DNA from: Chiloscyllium plagiosum
Taxonomy: Eukaryota
Assembly: GCF_004010195.1 (NCBI RefSeq)
Contig: NC_057754.1
Coordinates: 11,538,008 to 11,602,007, forward strand
Length of the DNA stretch: 64,000 nt
Reading direction: 5' to 3'
Part shown: positions 63,299 through 64,000 of the stretch, piece after piece
Layout of the letters: every line of letters starts with the position of its first letter
Numbering within the stretch: position 1 is the stretch's first letter
Notes under the pieces: generated by a model
Told to the model about the DNA's origin: nothing
Database searches by the model: none
The model's input: the letters and a program-made list of their open reading frames with translations, nothing else
Program-made: the position numbers and the translations under genes

Positions 63299-63571
63299 AT
63301 GCCCCTGGTGATTTATAAACTTCTATAAGATCACCACTCAACCTCCTACACTTCAGCTAAAAAACATCCCAGCCTATCCATCCTGTCTCTATAATTCATT
63401 TCTGGCAACATTCTGGTAAATCTTTTCTGAACCCTCTCTGGTTTAATAATATACTTCCTATAACAGGGTGACCAGAACTGCACACTGTATTCCAGAAGAG
63501 CCCTCACCAACATCCTGTATAACCTCAACATGACGTCCCCACTCCTATACTCAAAAGTCTGAGCAATGAAG

Positions 63572-63868
63572 GGTAAAAACAAGGACTGCAGATGCTGGAA
63601 ACCAGAGTCTAGATTAGAGTGGTGCTGGAAAAGCACAGCAAGTCAGGCAGCATCCGAGGAGCAGGAAAATCAACGTTTCAGGCAAAAGCCCATCATCAGG
63701 AATAGAGGCAGGGTGCCTGCAGGGTGGAGAGATAAATGATATGGGTGTGTGGGGGTGGGGAGAAAGTAGTAGAGTACAGTAGGTTAATGGGGGTGCAGAT
63801 TGAGGTGATAGGTCAGAGAGGAGGGTGGGTTTCTTGTAGAGAGAGGAGGAAAACTCCTTCATGAAGGC
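63572..63868 (-). mobile_element. Penelope family A terminal fragment inserted in CR1
   Basis: Homologous to 50566-50845, with a hammerhead-like core at about 63670-63700. gcaatgaagg / tcatgaaggc flank it. Confidence 0.8.
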
Positions 63869-64000
63869 AAGTGTGCTAAACACCTTCTTAACCACCCTGT
63901 CTACCTCGATGCAAATTTCAAAGAATTATATACCTGAAGCCTCGATCTCTCTGTGTTCTACAACACTATCCAGGGTCTCACCATTCCTTGTATAAGTCCT

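Overview
This window is repeat-dominated vertebrate DNA, most likely from a shark or ray (inferred from HE1-type tRNA-derived SINEs with (TAATC)n tails and abundant CR1/HER1-type LINEs). It has three N-gaps, and I could not support any intact protein-coding gene. It contains many nested CR1 LINE fragments, HE1-type SINEs, two paralogous Penelope-like retroelement bodies (RT plus GIY-YIG), decayed C2H2 zinc-finger exons and three tRNA pseudogenes (two on an Asp scaffold, one Trp-like). There is also an internally deleted retrovirus-like element (gag CCHC knuckle, DTG protease, integrase), a solo LTR, a TIR DNA transposon and two minisatellites. About 4.5-15.4 kb and 20.9-34.4 kb are two copies of an old tandem segmental duplication, and each copy supplies empty sites for insertions in the other. 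The most notable signal is a dense set of minimal hammerhead-ribozyme motifs (CUGANGA-stem II-GAA-[ACGU or AGCU]-H) from at least three sequence families. Several sit in 90-230 bp, often palindromic, TSD-flanked mini-elements derived from Penelope termini, and some of these inserted after the duplication. Repeat boundaries are read by eye and are approximate unless TSD coordinates are given.
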